DNA from: an uncultured Candidatus Cloacimonadota bacterium
GTDB taxonomy: Bacteria > Cloacimonadota > Cloacimonadia > Cloacimonadales > Cloacimonadaceae
Direction: 5' to 3'
Length of the DNA: 58,213 bases
Assembly (NCBI GenBank): GCA_964427765.1
Contig: CAYRVG010000140.1
Span: 1-58,213, forward strand
Positions 40,165-49,981 of the stretch are shown here, in pieces. Under the pieces are notes generated by a model. The model was not told the origin of the DNA, searched no databases, and saw only the letters and a list, made by a program, of their open reading frames with translations. Positions within the stretch are counted from its first letter, which is position 1. Every line of letters starts with the position of its first letter. A program made the translations under genes and the position numbers.

Positions 40165-40983
40165 ATGCTCTCCCTTGTCCTGAGCATACTCTGCTCCGTG
40201 CTCATCGCGAACCTCTTGATGGGTTTCAACCACCGGGGCCGGATCAGCATGCTGCCGATCTTCCTGGGAAATTACCTTGTGGCGGGAATTTTCAGCTACG
40301 CCAGCCTCCCCGCCGCGAAATTCGTCGGCCTGCCCGTCTTCGACATCGCCTTTGGGATCATCACCGGCGGCCTGTTCCTGGTCAATTTCTGGGTGTATCA
40401 GCGCTCCATCGTGATCAACGGACTATCGCTCTCCGTGGGCGTGATGCGGATCGCCATGATCATCCCGATCCTGCTGGCACTTATTGCCTTCAGGGAGGGC
40501 CTTGATCTTTGGAATGTCTCGGGAATCGCCCTCGGGATCGCGGCTTTCAGCCTCAAGGCGAATCCCGGCGAGCTGAGGAACCTTCTCTGGATAATCGGTC
40601 TGTTTCTGATCTCCGGGGTTACGGACGCCACCATGAAGGTCTATAAGGAATTGGGCAGCGGCGCAGAGCCCTCATTCGTTTTCATCATTTTCAGCTCCGC
40701 TTTCGTCTTCACTCTGCTGGCGATCCTTTTGGGCAGAATTCCCGTCAGCCTGAAGAGTATCCTGCTGGGGTGCGTTTTGGGCATTCCCAACCGCTATTCG
40801 ACCGTCTTTTTCCTGAAAGGTTTGGACAGCGTCCCCGCTGCGATCGCCTACCCCCTGGTCGCCGTCTCCATCGTGCTTTTGAGCATTGTGAGCGATGTCG
40901 CGATCTGGAAAAAACAGCCCCAAAGGAGGGATTACATTCTCTGGTTGCTGCTTGTCCTGAGCCTGCTCCTCCTCAACCTGTAG
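40165..40983 (+). CDS. EamA/DMT-family membrane transporter
   Basis: About 10 TM segments arranged as two repeats. Confidence 0.75.
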   Translation: MLSLVLSILCSVLIANLLMGFNHRGRISMLPIFLGNYLVAGIFSYASLPAAKFVGLPVFDIAFGIITGGLFLVNFWVYQRSIVINGLSLSVGVMRIAMIIPILLALIAFREGLDLWNVSGIALGIAAFSLKANPGELRNLLWIIGLFLISGVTDATMKVYKELGSGAEPSFVFIIFSSAFVFTLLAILLGRIPVSLKSILLGCVLGIPNRYSTVFFLKGLDSVPAAIAYPLVAVSIVLLSIVSDVAIWKKQPQRRDYILWLLLVLSLLLLNL

Positions 40984-41121
40984 CCAACAGCCATTATCGG
41001 CTGTTGGGTGCCTTGAGCTCCTCCCAAAATCTGTTTCAGATAACGGGGGCCATCCAGTGGCGATACTTATATCTTGTTGATCATGAGGATGTTGCCCGCC
41101 TCGTACTTCCTGGCAGGACCG

Positions 41122-41778
41122 TTATTCTTCTTTCATGTGATGCTTGATGACCTCTCCGGAGGACAGGTAGACCGTGTCTTCCGCGATGTTTGTGGATAGA
41201 TCGCCGATGCGTTCCAGGTTTTTGGCGATGCGCAGGATGTGAAGATACCTTTCCGTGAGATTCGGATCTGCCTTGATGAGTTCCACCAGCTGCTTGTATA
41301 TCTTACGGTTGAGTTTGTCCACAATGTCGTCCGCGTCGCAAACCCTGCGGGATTGGGCAAGATCCTCCCTGGCAAAGGCATCAAGGCTGTTTTTCAGCAT
41401 CGCGAGGGCGTATTTCTTCATCTGGACGAGTTCCGGAACTGAGCTGACCACGGGATCCCGCACCAGATGGCCTACACTCTCGGCGATATTCACGGCCTGG
41501 TCTCCCAAGCGCTCGAGGTCATTGTTGATCCTGTAGATCATCAGGACAAGGCGCAGGTTTTTTGCCTCCGGCTGGTGCAGGGCGATGATCCCCGTGCATA
41601 TTTCATCCAGTTCCAGTTCGATCTGGTTCACCCTGTCCTCAAAGATCAACACTTCCTGCAACAATTGCTCGTTGCCGTTGTAAAGTCCATCGATGGACAT
41701 GGATACCATTTTCTCCACCAGAGACGCCTCGGACATCAGCAACTGCTTGGCTTCCATTATCTTTGCGTGTAGCATCAT
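41122..41778 (-). CDS. phoU: Phosphate signalling protein PhoU
   Basis: QPEAKNLR, DLERLGD, DDIVD and NLERIGDLSTNIAE motifs; follows pstB. Confidence 0.95.
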   Translation of the reverse strand: MMLHAKIMEAKQLLMSEASLVEKMVSMSIDGLYNGNEQLLQEVLIFEDRVNQIELELDEICTGIIALHQPEAKNLRLVLMIYRINNDLERLGDQAVNIAESVGHLVRDPVVSSVPELVQMKKYALAMLKNSLDAFAREDLAQSRRVCDADDIVDKLNRKIYKQLVELIKADPNLTERYLHILRIAKNLERIGDLSTNIAEDTVYLSSGEVIKHHMKEE

Positions 41779-41786
41779 ATCTCCTT

Positions 41787-42545
41787 TTAGCCAAAGACAC
41801 CGTTCAGGTAAGCTTCCGTTCGCTTATCTTCCGGTACCGTGAACATCTTTTGGGTCTCGTTGAATTCAACTACCTCACCCAGATACATGAAGGCGGTGTA
41901 ATCCGATATCCTTCCCGCTTGGGCGATATTATGGGTGACGATCAGAATTGTCACGTTATTTTTGAGTTCAAGGCACAGTTCCTCAATTTTAGCCGTGGAT
42001 TGGGGATCGAGGGCGGATGTGGGCTCATCCAGAAGCAACACCTTGGGATGGTTTGCCAGGGCGCGGGCGATGCAAAGCCTTTGCTGCTGGCCGCCGGAGA
42101 GGCACATTGCCGGTTGATTCAGGCGGTCTTTGACCTCGTCCCAAAGCCAGGCGGCTTTCAGGCTTTCCTCCACGCGGTCTTTGATCTCCGCCTTGGTTTT
42201 GGTACCCTGGATATGCAGGCCATAGGCGACATTTTTGAAAATGGTTTTGGGAAAGGGATTGGGTTTTTGAAAGACCATTCCCACCTTGGCCCGGATCCTC
42301 GTCACATCAGCCCTGGAGTCGTATATATCCTGATCTCCGAGGACCACCTTCCCCTTGATGCGCGTTTGGGGGATCAGATCGTTCATCCGGTTAAAACAGC
42401 GCAAAAGGGTGGATTTCCCGCAGCCTGATGGACCGATCATCGCTGTCACCTGATTCGCGTACACGGGCAGATCCACATCGTGCAGGACGTGGTTTTTATC
42501 AAACCAGAGGTTGAGTTCGGAAGTCTGTATCTGAGGTTTTACCAT
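41787..42545 (-). CDS. pstB: Phosphate ABC transporter ATPase
   Basis: [36 protein letters not shown] and DEPTSALDP motifs. Confidence 0.97.
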   Translation of the reverse strand: MVKPQIQTSELNLWFDKNHVLHDVDLPVYANQVTAMIGPSGCGKSTLLRCFNRMNDLIPQTRIKGKVVLGDQDIYDSRADVTRIRAKVGMVFQKPNPFPKTIFKNVAYGLHIQGTKTKAEIKDRVEESLKAAWLWDEVKDRLNQPAMCLSGGQQQRLCIARALANHPKVLLLDEPTSALDPQSTAKIEELCLELKNNVTILIVTHNIAQAGRISDYTAFMYLGEVVEFNETQKMFTVPEDKRTEAYLNGVFG

Positions 42546-43393
42546 TGTCTTTTTCTCCTGATTGAAGAGCGGATGAATATTGCCAGGGCGCTGAACAGCA
42601 GCACCAATAATAGCAGCACCAACGCGGTTCCGTAAGCGATCGGGACCTGGGATTCCGCATGAGTGCCCTCGGTCATCAGCGCGTAAATATGATATGGCAG
42701 AGCCATCACCTCATCGGATAAGCTTTTGGGCAGGCGGCGCGAATAAAACGTTGCGGCCGTGAACATGATCGGCGCGGTTTCCCCCGCCACGCGGCCGATG
42801 CTGATGATCGCCCCGGTGAGGATATTCGGCAATGCCGAGGGCAGCAGGATCCGCGTGATCGTCTGGCGCTGGGTCGCGCCCAGGGCGAGGGAGGCATCCC
42901 GAAAATCCGTGGGCAGGGACCTGATGGCCTCCTCAGCATTGTTGATGATCACCGGCAGCGCCAGAATGGCCAGGGTCAGTCCGCCGGCCAGCAGGGAAAC
43001 CTCGAGGTTCATCAGATTCACAAAGACAGCCATTCCGAAAAGACCGAAAATTATCGATGGCGTACCGGCCAAGGTGTTGATCGAGATGCGCAAAATGCGC
43101 ACCAGCCAGGCCGGCCTGCCGTAATTGGTTAGCCAGACAGCGGTGAAGATCCCCAATGGCAAAGCCACCAGCATCGACAGCCCCGTAAGAAGGAATGTCC
43201 CCATCAGCGCGGGCCAGATGCCTCCCTCGGTCATGGCTTTGCGGGGGGCCGTGAACAGGAACTCCCAATTCAAAACTGAATACCCCTTGGAAAATATATG
43301 GATCAGGAAAATAACCAAAAACAGCGCGGTGGTCAGAAGCATGGCTGCCAGGATGCCTGTTGCGAGGTAATGCTTGAACTTGCGCCTGTTCAT
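42539..43393 (-). CDS. pstA: Phosphate ABC permease
   Basis: [23 protein letters not shown] and GRVAGETAP motifs. Confidence 0.95.
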   Translation of the reverse strand: MNRRKFKHYLATGILAAMLLTTALFLVIFLIHIFSKGYSVLNWEFLFTAPRKAMTEGGIWPALMGTFLLTGLSMLVALPLGIFTAVWLTNYGRPAWLVRILRISINTLAGTPSIIFGLFGMAVFVNLMNLEVSLLAGGLTLAILALPVIINNAEEAIRSLPTDFRDASLALGATQRQTITRILLPSALPNILTGAIISIGRVAGETAPIMFTAATFYSRRLPKSLSDEVMALPYHIYALMTEGTHAESQVPIAYGTALVLLLLVLLFSALAIFIRSSIRRKRQW

Positions 43394-44259
43394 TTTCCCC
43401 TCTTTTTCAGGAAAACCGCTTCCGTGATCAGATTTGAGATGAAGGTTATCAGAAAGAGCAGGATCGCCAGGGCAAAAAGCGATTTGTAGTGCAGGTCACC
43501 CATCACGGTCTCCCCCATTTCCGCGGCGATGGTTGAGGTCATGGGACGAACGGATTCGAAGACAGATCCGGGTATCCTGGCCGCTCCACCGGCAACCATC
43601 AGGACCACCATCGTCTCCCCGACGGCCCGGCCAAAGCCGAGCAGCACGCTTCCAATGATGCCGCTTTTGGCCGCGGGGACTATCGCCCGGAAGATCGTCT
43701 CCGTACGGTTGGCCCCAAGCGCCTGGGAGGCTTCGCGAATGCTTTTGGGAACGCTGGAAAGGGCGTCTTCGCTCATGCTGCAGATGATCGGTACGATCAT
43801 TACACCCAGGATGATCGAGACCGTGAACACGTTCAGGCCGGTATCCAGGCCAAACCATTGGCGCACCTGGGGAGCGAGAAAGGCCATGCCAAAAAGGCCG
43901 TAAACCACGGAGGGTATGCCAGCCAGCAATTCGATGACCGGCTTGGCGATCTCGCGCAAACGGTGGCTGGCGATCTCGGATACGAAGATCGCGCTTCCCA
44001 GCCCCAGCGGTATCGCGATCACCAGAGCGCCCAGGGTTACATAGAGGGATCCCACGATCAACGCCAGGGCGCCGAATTCAGGCTCAGAATGGGTGGGATA
44101 CCAGTTGTTTGTAAAAAGAAACTTAACCGGATTCACCTTGGAAAAAAGCGGCAGGCCTTCCCGGAAAATGCCCAAAATAATGGCCAGCAAACAGACTATG
44201 GTAAATAATGACGCCATATAGGTCACTGCCCGGAAGGTTTTTTCCTTGAACCTATTCAT
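43390..44259 (-). CDS. pstC: Phosphate ABC permease
   Basis: ELLAGIPSVVYG, GRAVGETM and IAAEMGE motifs; second ATG chosen because the upstream extension lies inside a hairpin. Confidence 0.95.
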   Translation of the reverse strand: MNRFKEKTFRAVTYMASLFTIVCLLAIILGIFREGLPLFSKVNPVKFLFTNNWYPTHSEPEFGALALIVGSLYVTLGALVIAIPLGLGSAIFVSEIASHRLREIAKPVIELLAGIPSVVYGLFGMAFLAPQVRQWFGLDTGLNVFTVSIILGVMIVPIICSMSEDALSSVPKSIREASQALGANRTETIFRAIVPAAKSGIIGSVLLGFGRAVGETMVVLMVAGGAARIPGSVFESVRPMTSTIAAEMGETVMGDLHYKSLFALAILLFLITFISNLITEAVFLKKRGK

Positions 44260-44268
44260 CTCATCCCC

Positions 44269-44292
44269 AAAAGCGGGAGCCTTGGCTCCCGC
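44269..44292 (-). terminator. Intercistronic hairpin / partial terminator between pstS and pstC
   Basis: GCGGGAGC-CAAG-GCTCCCGC-TTTT on the minus strand. Confidence 0.6.
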
Positions 44293-44338
44293 ACCAGGAG
44301 GTTTCTTTGCCATATTTCATCAACGACTTGTTCAAGTA

Positions 44339-45148
44339 CTATTGAAGGGCTAGGAAACCTTGTTCCTCAACTATTTTCTGGCCTTCGGCGGATTGGATGA
44401 AGGCGATGTAATTGTTCACGCCACCTTTCGCCTTGCCATTGGTGTACATATACAGCTTGCGGGAGAGCTTGTAGCTGCCGTCCACGGTCGTTTTCTTGCT
44501 GGGAGAGACTCCGCCGACGGACACTGCTTTCACGTCATCGGTGAGATATCCCAAACCTATATAGCCGATGCCGCCAGGGGTTGTGCCGACCGTGGTCGCG
44601 ATGGCATTGTTCGAAGCTAGAAGCTGGGCGGAGGAAGTCACTTTTTTTCCTCCCAACGCCTTTTCATTGAAGACCTCGAAAGTTCCGGAGGCCACGTCGC
44701 GGGAGATCACGACTATCGGGAGACTGGGTCCGCCAACCTGGTTCCAATTCTTGATATTCCCGGTATAGATGTCTTTGATCTGGTTTATGGTCAACTCGCC
44801 AACCGGATTGCTTTTGTTGGTTATCACGGCGATCGCGTCCAAGGCAACGGCATAGGGTGTGGGGTTTATGCCTTTGGATCTTGCCTGGGTCATTTCCTTG
44901 GATTTCATCGGACGGCTGGCATTGGCAATGTGGATCGTTCCATTTATCAGCGAGGCGATGCCCACGCCAGATCCGCCGCCACGAATGGAAACATTGATCT
45001 TGGGGTTTTTGTCCATGAAGGCTTCGGCGGTCGCCTGGGCGATCGGCAACACCGTTGTGGAACCGGAACAGGTGATCTGGTATTGGGCGAAGGCGGGCAG
45101 CGCCAGTATAAGCAGTGCCAGGGAAATCAAAATGAGCTTTTTTTTCAT
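44339..45148 (-). CDS. pstS: Phosphate-binding protein
   Basis: GSTTV, GGGSGVGI, ASR, SRDVASGT and LSRKLY motifs. Confidence 0.95.
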   Translation of the reverse strand: MKKKLILISLALLILALPAFAQYQITCSGSTTVLPIAQATAEAFMDKNPKINVSIRGGGSGVGIASLINGTIHIANASRPMKSKEMTQARSKGINPTPYAVALDAIAVITNKSNPVGELTINQIKDIYTGNIKNWNQVGGPSLPIVVISRDVASGTFEVFNEKALGGKKVTSSAQLLASNNAIATTVGTTPGGIGYIGLGYLTDDVKAVSVGGVSPSKKTTVDGSYKLSRKLYMYTNGKAKGGVNNYIAFIQSAEGQKIVEEQGFLALQ

Positions 45149-45161
45149 TGTAATACTCCTG

Positions 45162-46229
45162 TTATATATTGATCGTATTTGAGAACTTCCATTTGAATTG
45201 CAGCATCAGCGCTGAGGAATCCGCGGATGCATTGTCGCTGTTGCTCTTGTCTGTATAATTCAATTGGATCTGCATGGCCGGTTTTGCCTTGGCGTCATGC
45301 AAGAAGTTGTAATTTATGCCGCCGGTGATGGCGGTCAGCACGTTTTCGCCCTTGGATTCGTCTTCCCATCTGTCATAGCGGGCGATCAGATCAATGTCTG
45401 TCCCAATGATCTTCTTGAGTTTGAGGCAGGGCTTGACCATCAGGGCATTGGCCGAGTAATCCTCACTTGCGTCGTTGGGATATGTGACATTCTTGTTGAG
45501 GTATTCAAACCAAACATCTGCCGGGCCGTATGCAACCCGCAGAAGGCCGTCCATCAGGATCTGATCGTTGTAATCCGGATTGTCAGAGTCGTCCGCCAGC
45601 AGTTCCTTGCGTTCATTGCTATTGGCCAGAACGGAGCCTCCCAGGGTTATACCGGCCACCGGGGTCAGGCGCAGATTTGCCAGGAAGGCAGGATTGATGT
45701 TACCCTTGAGGTTGTCACCGTATTTCTTGTAACCCTCACCATTGTACATTCCGAGAGCGTACTCGCCCCAGCCTTGGGGAAGATAACCGTGGACTGAGAG
45801 GCCGTAATCCGCCGAATTGGCAATTTTATACTCATCCGCGGGCGCCTTCCCGATCAGGTCGTAGGACCAGTCGTAAAGTGAACCAAAATATACTTTCTGC
45901 AGCCCGACTGTGGCTGTCATATCGCGGATTGGTATAAGGTTGCCAAAATCCACATAGGCATATTTAAGCTTGAGGCCGGCACCGTCCGATAACGCGTCGG
46001 TGCTGAATATATCCACCCTGAAGCGGCCTTTGATTTTTTCACTGAACTTGGGTTCCAAGCCGATGTAGCCTCTTTCCACCGAGAAGTTGTTCCTGATTAT
46101 CTCATCGTCGGAGTCCATTTGAAGGGACCAGCGGTTCCAGATCTCCCCTGTGATTTTCAGTTCCTGGGAATTGAGCATTCCGGGCAGCATAAGAATGCCC
46201 AGAAACGTAATAAAGAGCAGTTTTTTCAT
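45162..46229 (-). CDS. Putative phosphate-inducible outer-membrane porin
   Basis: Signal peptide; amphipathic beta-strands (RGYIG, KYAYVD, YNGEGY); immediately upstream of pstS. Confidence 0.7.
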   Translation of the reverse strand: MKKLLFITFLGILMLPGMLNSQELKITGEIWNRWSLQMDSDDEIIRNNFSVERGYIGLEPKFSEKIKGRFRVDIFSTDALSDGAGLKLKYAYVDFGNLIPIRDMTATVGLQKVYFGSLYDWSYDLIGKAPADEYKIANSADYGLSVHGYLPQGWGEYALGMYNGEGYKKYGDNLKGNINPAFLANLRLTPVAGITLGGSVLANSNERKELLADDSDNPDYNDQILMDGLLRVAYGPADVWFEYLNKNVTYPNDASEDYSANALMVKPCLKLKKIIGTDIDLIARYDRWEDESKGENVLTAITGGINYNFLHDAKAKPAMQIQLNYTDKSNSDNASADSSALMLQFKWKFSNTINI

Positions 46230-46263
46230 ACTTTTCTCCTTGAGAATTACTTAGGTCTGCTCT

Positions 46264-46316
46264 GTTATACGCTTTGAATGTTAATTTTTTATTAGATGGG
46301 TGTTAAGAATTGTTAA
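46264..46316 (-). promoter_or_regulatory. Pho boxes plus -10 element
   Basis: TTAACA, TTAACA, CTAATA, TTAACA at 10/11/11-bp spacing, followed by TATAAC. Confidence 0.75.
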
Positions 46317-46330
46317 CTTTTGGCTCTCTT

Positions 46331-46912
46331 TCAAATTGAGTGGGGCCTTGATCTCCCGGCCGCAGATCCGGCTTCCTTGTGCCTTTTGATCCTGCGCAAT
46401 GCCTTTCCGCGGAGTTGCTTGACCTGTTCGACAGAAATTCCCAGAAGCCGGGATATCTCCTTCAGGCTCAGACTCTGGCCGTAGGAAAGCAGGATTATCC
46501 GGCGCTCGGCAGCCGGCATTTCAGCCGGGAGCTGGGGGGCGATGTCTTCAGGCAAACTGGGTTCCGACGCTACCTGCTCTGCCAAATGACTCTCCTCCAG
46601 TTCCCCCGCCTGGAGCGAGGTGGCATTTTCCCGGCTGATGGCCTGAAGCATTTGCTTTTTGATCCAGTATACGGCATAGCTGGAAAAACTGGCTTCCCGG
46701 GAGGGGTCGTAATGTCTGGCGGCAAGCAAAATGCCCACCAGCGCCTCCTGCCGCAGGTCTTCCAGGGAGAGGCCGCGCCTGGCATATTTATTAGCAATGC
46801 TGTAAGCGAGGGATAAATTTTGCTTTACGAGCGTTTCCAGGTCACCGCCCGTGCTGCCAGTCAGTTCATCAGCTACGCTTGCAGCCGGATCCCGCATTGT
46901 GGTTTTATTCAT
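46331..46912 (-). CDS. sigma70-family alternative sigma factor (regions 2 and 4)
   Basis: NLSLAYSIANKY..EDLRQEA..YDP..FSSYAVYWIK; ERRII..SLKEISRLLGIS..VKQL..KALRRIK; ATG overlaps the phoR stop. Confidence 0.88.
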   Translation of the reverse strand: MNKTTMRDPAASVADELTGSTGGDLETLVKQNLSLAYSIANKYARRGLSLEDLRQEALVGILLAARHYDPSREASFSSYAVYWIKKQMLQAISRENATSLQAGELEESHLAEQVASEPSLPEDIAPQLPAEMPAAERRIILLSYGQSLSLKEISRLLGISVEQVKQLRGKALRRIKRHKEAGSAAGRSRPHSI

Positions 46913-48242
46913 CTGATGCCCGGGTCCTGTTCCTGGGAAGCGGCAGGTCCATCCTGAAGATGGTGCCCTCCCCGAGCCTGCTGTCCACGGATATCGTGCC
47001 CCGGTGCAGCAGCACGATGTGCTTTGTGATCGCCAGGCCCAAGCCCGTGCCGCTTTGGCTTTTATTGCGGGATGGATCCGCCACGTAGAACCTCTCGAAG
47101 ATCCGGGGAAGGTGTTCCGGCCCAATTCCCCTGCCTGTATCCAAAACCTCGAAACTCACCGAATCATCCCCCCGCTTGCTGCGGATGGTGATGCCGCCTT
47201 TTTCGGTGTAACGCAGTGAGTTCTGGACCAGGTTGATGAACACCTGTTCAAATTTGAAAGGATCGCAAACCAGGCGGGGACAGGATGGATCCAGTTCGAT
47301 CTTGAGAAAAAGATCTTTTCCCTCGATCTCCGGTTCCAGGATCAGCCTGATATTGTCAAAGAACGTTTCCAGGTTGATATCCTTTGTTTCCAGATCAGCC
47401 GCGCTCTCCAGGCGGATCAGCTGCTCCAGGTCCCGGATCAGGTGGATGAGACGTTCGACGTGCTTGCTTATGATCTTCAGATACCTGGTGTGATCCATGC
47501 CGGAGCTGTCCTGCATGGCCTCGGTGTAGCCCTTGATCGCCGTCAGCGGGGTGCGCAGCTCATGGGCCAGGTTGATGATGAAATCCTTCTTCATCTGGAT
47601 CGCCTGCTGCCGGGAATCGATATTGTGCAAAATGAAAACCTGGCGCTGGCTGTTGTCATTCCTGCTCACGGATAGAATGTAGTCGTGCCTGCCAAACCGG
47701 ACGTCCGTGACCATGTTTGCGTCATCCCCCCTGGTTGCCCCGAGCAATTCAAGCAGGTCAGGTTCGCGGATAACCTCCCAGTATTGCCGTGTCTCACCTG
47801 GTTCAAAAGCGGGGAAAAGCGCCCTGAATTTATCATTTGCCCAGAGGATGTTCCCGGCGTAATCTTGGGACCACAGCGCGTCCTCGATGGAGCTCAACAC
47901 CAAACGCAGTTCCTCCCGGTGCATCCCCAGATGTTCGATGGCGTAGTTTAACTCCTCCAGCATTTGATTCAGGTCTTCGCCAATGAGGTCAAACTCCTGA
48001 ATGCCGGAGGCGGCAAATCTCTGGCTGTGGTCCCCGGCGGCAATATCCCGGGCGGTTCCCGAAAGGCGGGAAACTTGTTTACCCAAAATGCCCCGCAGAT
48101 AAAGATACAAGCCGGCAAACATCAGGAACAGGAACAGCAAGACCAGCCAGGATGGGATCTTCAAAAACAGGAGCACAGCCACCACTACCAGGATCAGGCC
48201 AAGGAAAACAAGCAATAAGCGGCTCAATGCTGGCTTAGCCAT
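46905..48242 (-). CDS. phoR: Phosphate regulon sensor kinase
   Basis: Two TM segments, HAMP, PAS-like region, AHELRTPLT, NLVQNS, DTGRGI, FERFY and GTGLGL. Confidence 0.9.
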   Translation of the reverse strand: MAKPALSRLLLVFLGLILVVVAVLLFLKIPSWLVLLFLFLMFAGLYLYLRGILGKQVSRLSGTARDIAAGDHSQRFAASGIQEFDLIGEDLNQMLEELNYAIEHLGMHREELRLVLSSIEDALWSQDYAGNILWANDKFRALFPAFEPGETRQYWEVIREPDLLELLGATRGDDANMVTDVRFGRHDYILSVSRNDNSQRQVFILHNIDSRQQAIQMKKDFIINLAHELRTPLTAIKGYTEAMQDSSGMDHTRYLKIISKHVERLIHLIRDLEQLIRLESAADLETKDINLETFFDNIRLILEPEIEGKDLFLKIELDPSCPRLVCDPFKFEQVFINLVQNSLRYTEKGGITIRSKRGDDSVSFEVLDTGRGIGPEHLPRIFERFYVADPSRNKSQSGTGLGLAITKHIVLLHRGTISVDSRLGEGTIFRMDLPLPRNRTRASDE

Positions 48243-48945
48243 CTTTGCCGCCCCCATCGTCCGGCTCGGAAGAAAATTTATACCCCAGGCCGCGTACATT
48301 TTTCACCATGTAAGAAAAATCTTCCAGCTTTTCGCGCAGGTTGCGGATATGCACGTCAACCGTGCGTTCGATCACAATTTTATCGTTTCCCCACAGGTGG
48401 TCCAGGATCTGGCTGCGCTTGAAAACCCAGCCCGGACGCTGGGTTAGCAGCTGCAGGATCTTGAACTCTGTGAGGGTCAGATCTATCCTCTTATCCCGGA
48501 TGTAGGCTTCGTATCGATTGAAATCAAGCCGGAATTCCGGGGTGATGTTCAGCACGTTCCTGCTCTTTTCCCAAGAGGTCCGGCGCAACACAGCTTTCAC
48601 GCGGGCCAGAAATTCGGAGGCTTCGAAGGGCTTGGTTATATAATCATCAGCCCCGTATTCCAGGCCTTTCACCCGGTCCTCGATATCCGCCCTGGCCGTG
48701 AGCATGATGATCGGAATGCGTTCCCAAGCCTGGGCCGTCTTTATCGTGTGGCATATTTCCAGGCCGTCTATATCAGGAAGCATCAGATCAAGGATGATCA
48801 GATCCGGGATCTCCTCCCTAAGGCGGTCCAGCATTTTTTTGGCATGCATGAATCCACTGGTTATATATCCCGCTTTCTCGAGCTGGAATCTTACCAGTTC
48901 AAGAATGTCGGATTCATCTTCTACGACGTAAATTCTGCTGCTCAT
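48235..48945 (-). CDS. phoB: OmpR-family phosphate regulon response regulator
   Basis: VEDE, LDLMLP, MLTA, GADDYITKPF, RTVDVHIRNLREK and VRGLGY; pho context. Confidence 0.88.
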   Translation of the reverse strand: MSSRIYVVEDESDILELVRFQLEKAGYITSGFMHAKKMLDRLREEIPDLIILDLMLPDIDGLEICHTIKTAQAWERIPIIMLTARADIEDRVKGLEYGADDYITKPFEASEFLARVKAVLRRTSWEKSRNVLNITPEFRLDFNRYEAYIRDKRIDLTLTEFKILQLLTQRPGWVFKRSQILDHLWGNDKIVIERTVDVHIRNLREKLEDFSYMVKNVRGLGYKFSSEPDDGGGKDG

Positions 48946-49309
48946 GCTATGTTTTCCTTCCTGTTGAACACAAAAAGTCACCTGCCTTTTATGACAAGGA
49001 AAAACCCCGGTTTTCCAGTTAATTTATCTTAACAATGGTCCAAATCATCCTTGGCAAGGCTTTTTTAACGGCCCAAAGATAGAGACCTACCCGGCCAACC
49101 TGCAAAACGCCCGATCAAGAATACCCAGATACCGCCCCTTCCCCTGTCTGCCTAACCACTAATTGGCCAAGTACTTGCCAAACACTTGGCGGGCTTTGCT
49201 CAGACAGTGGGGCGAATCAAACCCAAGGGCGATATGTTATGGAAAACTCATGTATCCCCTCAATTGGTAAGAGAATTTTTTGTCTCCCACAACCCCTTTT
49301 CCAGCACAT

Positions 49310-49385
49310 AAAAAAACCGTGGGGAGCACCGGGCGGTGTCCCCACGGACTCGGAGGGCATTCTATGTAGGGTCTATGATTAGACT
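49310..49385 (-). ncRNA. Candidate small RNA
   Basis: TTGACA (49410-49405) about 60 nt upstream of a GC hairpin plus T7 tract (49347-49310), with no ORF in between. Confidence 0.35.
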
Positions 49386-49981
49386 CTGGGAGATGGCTTG
49401 TTTTTGTCAAGCTTTTTTTTGCAGTTTGGTTTGTCGCTTTATGATATACTGATATCAAGTTTCCTTTCCCTCAAAACCTGAGGTATATCACAAGTAGATA
49501 AAAAGTCTCCTCTGAAGTTAATGGGAGAGGGTTATGGATCAACATTCCCCGAAGAAGGCAGTAAAAGACAGGGATGGTTATATTCCGGAAATAATTCATA
49601 ATCATTCTGGTCCTGTCCTTTATTCTGGAAAAAGCAGCTTTCGTGAATGATCTGCTGACAAGTTCTGGATTTTTCAGCTTATGGTTTTGGATATTTGGCT
49701 ATGCTCCGGGGTTGTGATTATTGGTCTTTAATCTACTTCTATAACTTACCTGATCTGTGCCCAACTGAACCCGAGTGAATCCTAAACTTCGGATTATCTG
49801 GTATTAATGTCCTTTCTGGCAAGTGCTATGATCTACAAAGGTATTTAGGACTTTACGATGATTGCTATTCAATTTTTATCTTGACATCATATTAGTGTTC
49901 AATTTTATATAACCATGGATTTGTTTAGGGCATAGATTTGTTTAATTGTGTGCATTGACTTGTTTATAAAAGGAGAAACAA

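Noticed and set aside
49015-49040. Autoregulatory Pho box upstream of phoB
   Set aside because: Only two imperfect TTAA-type repeats; too weak to call.
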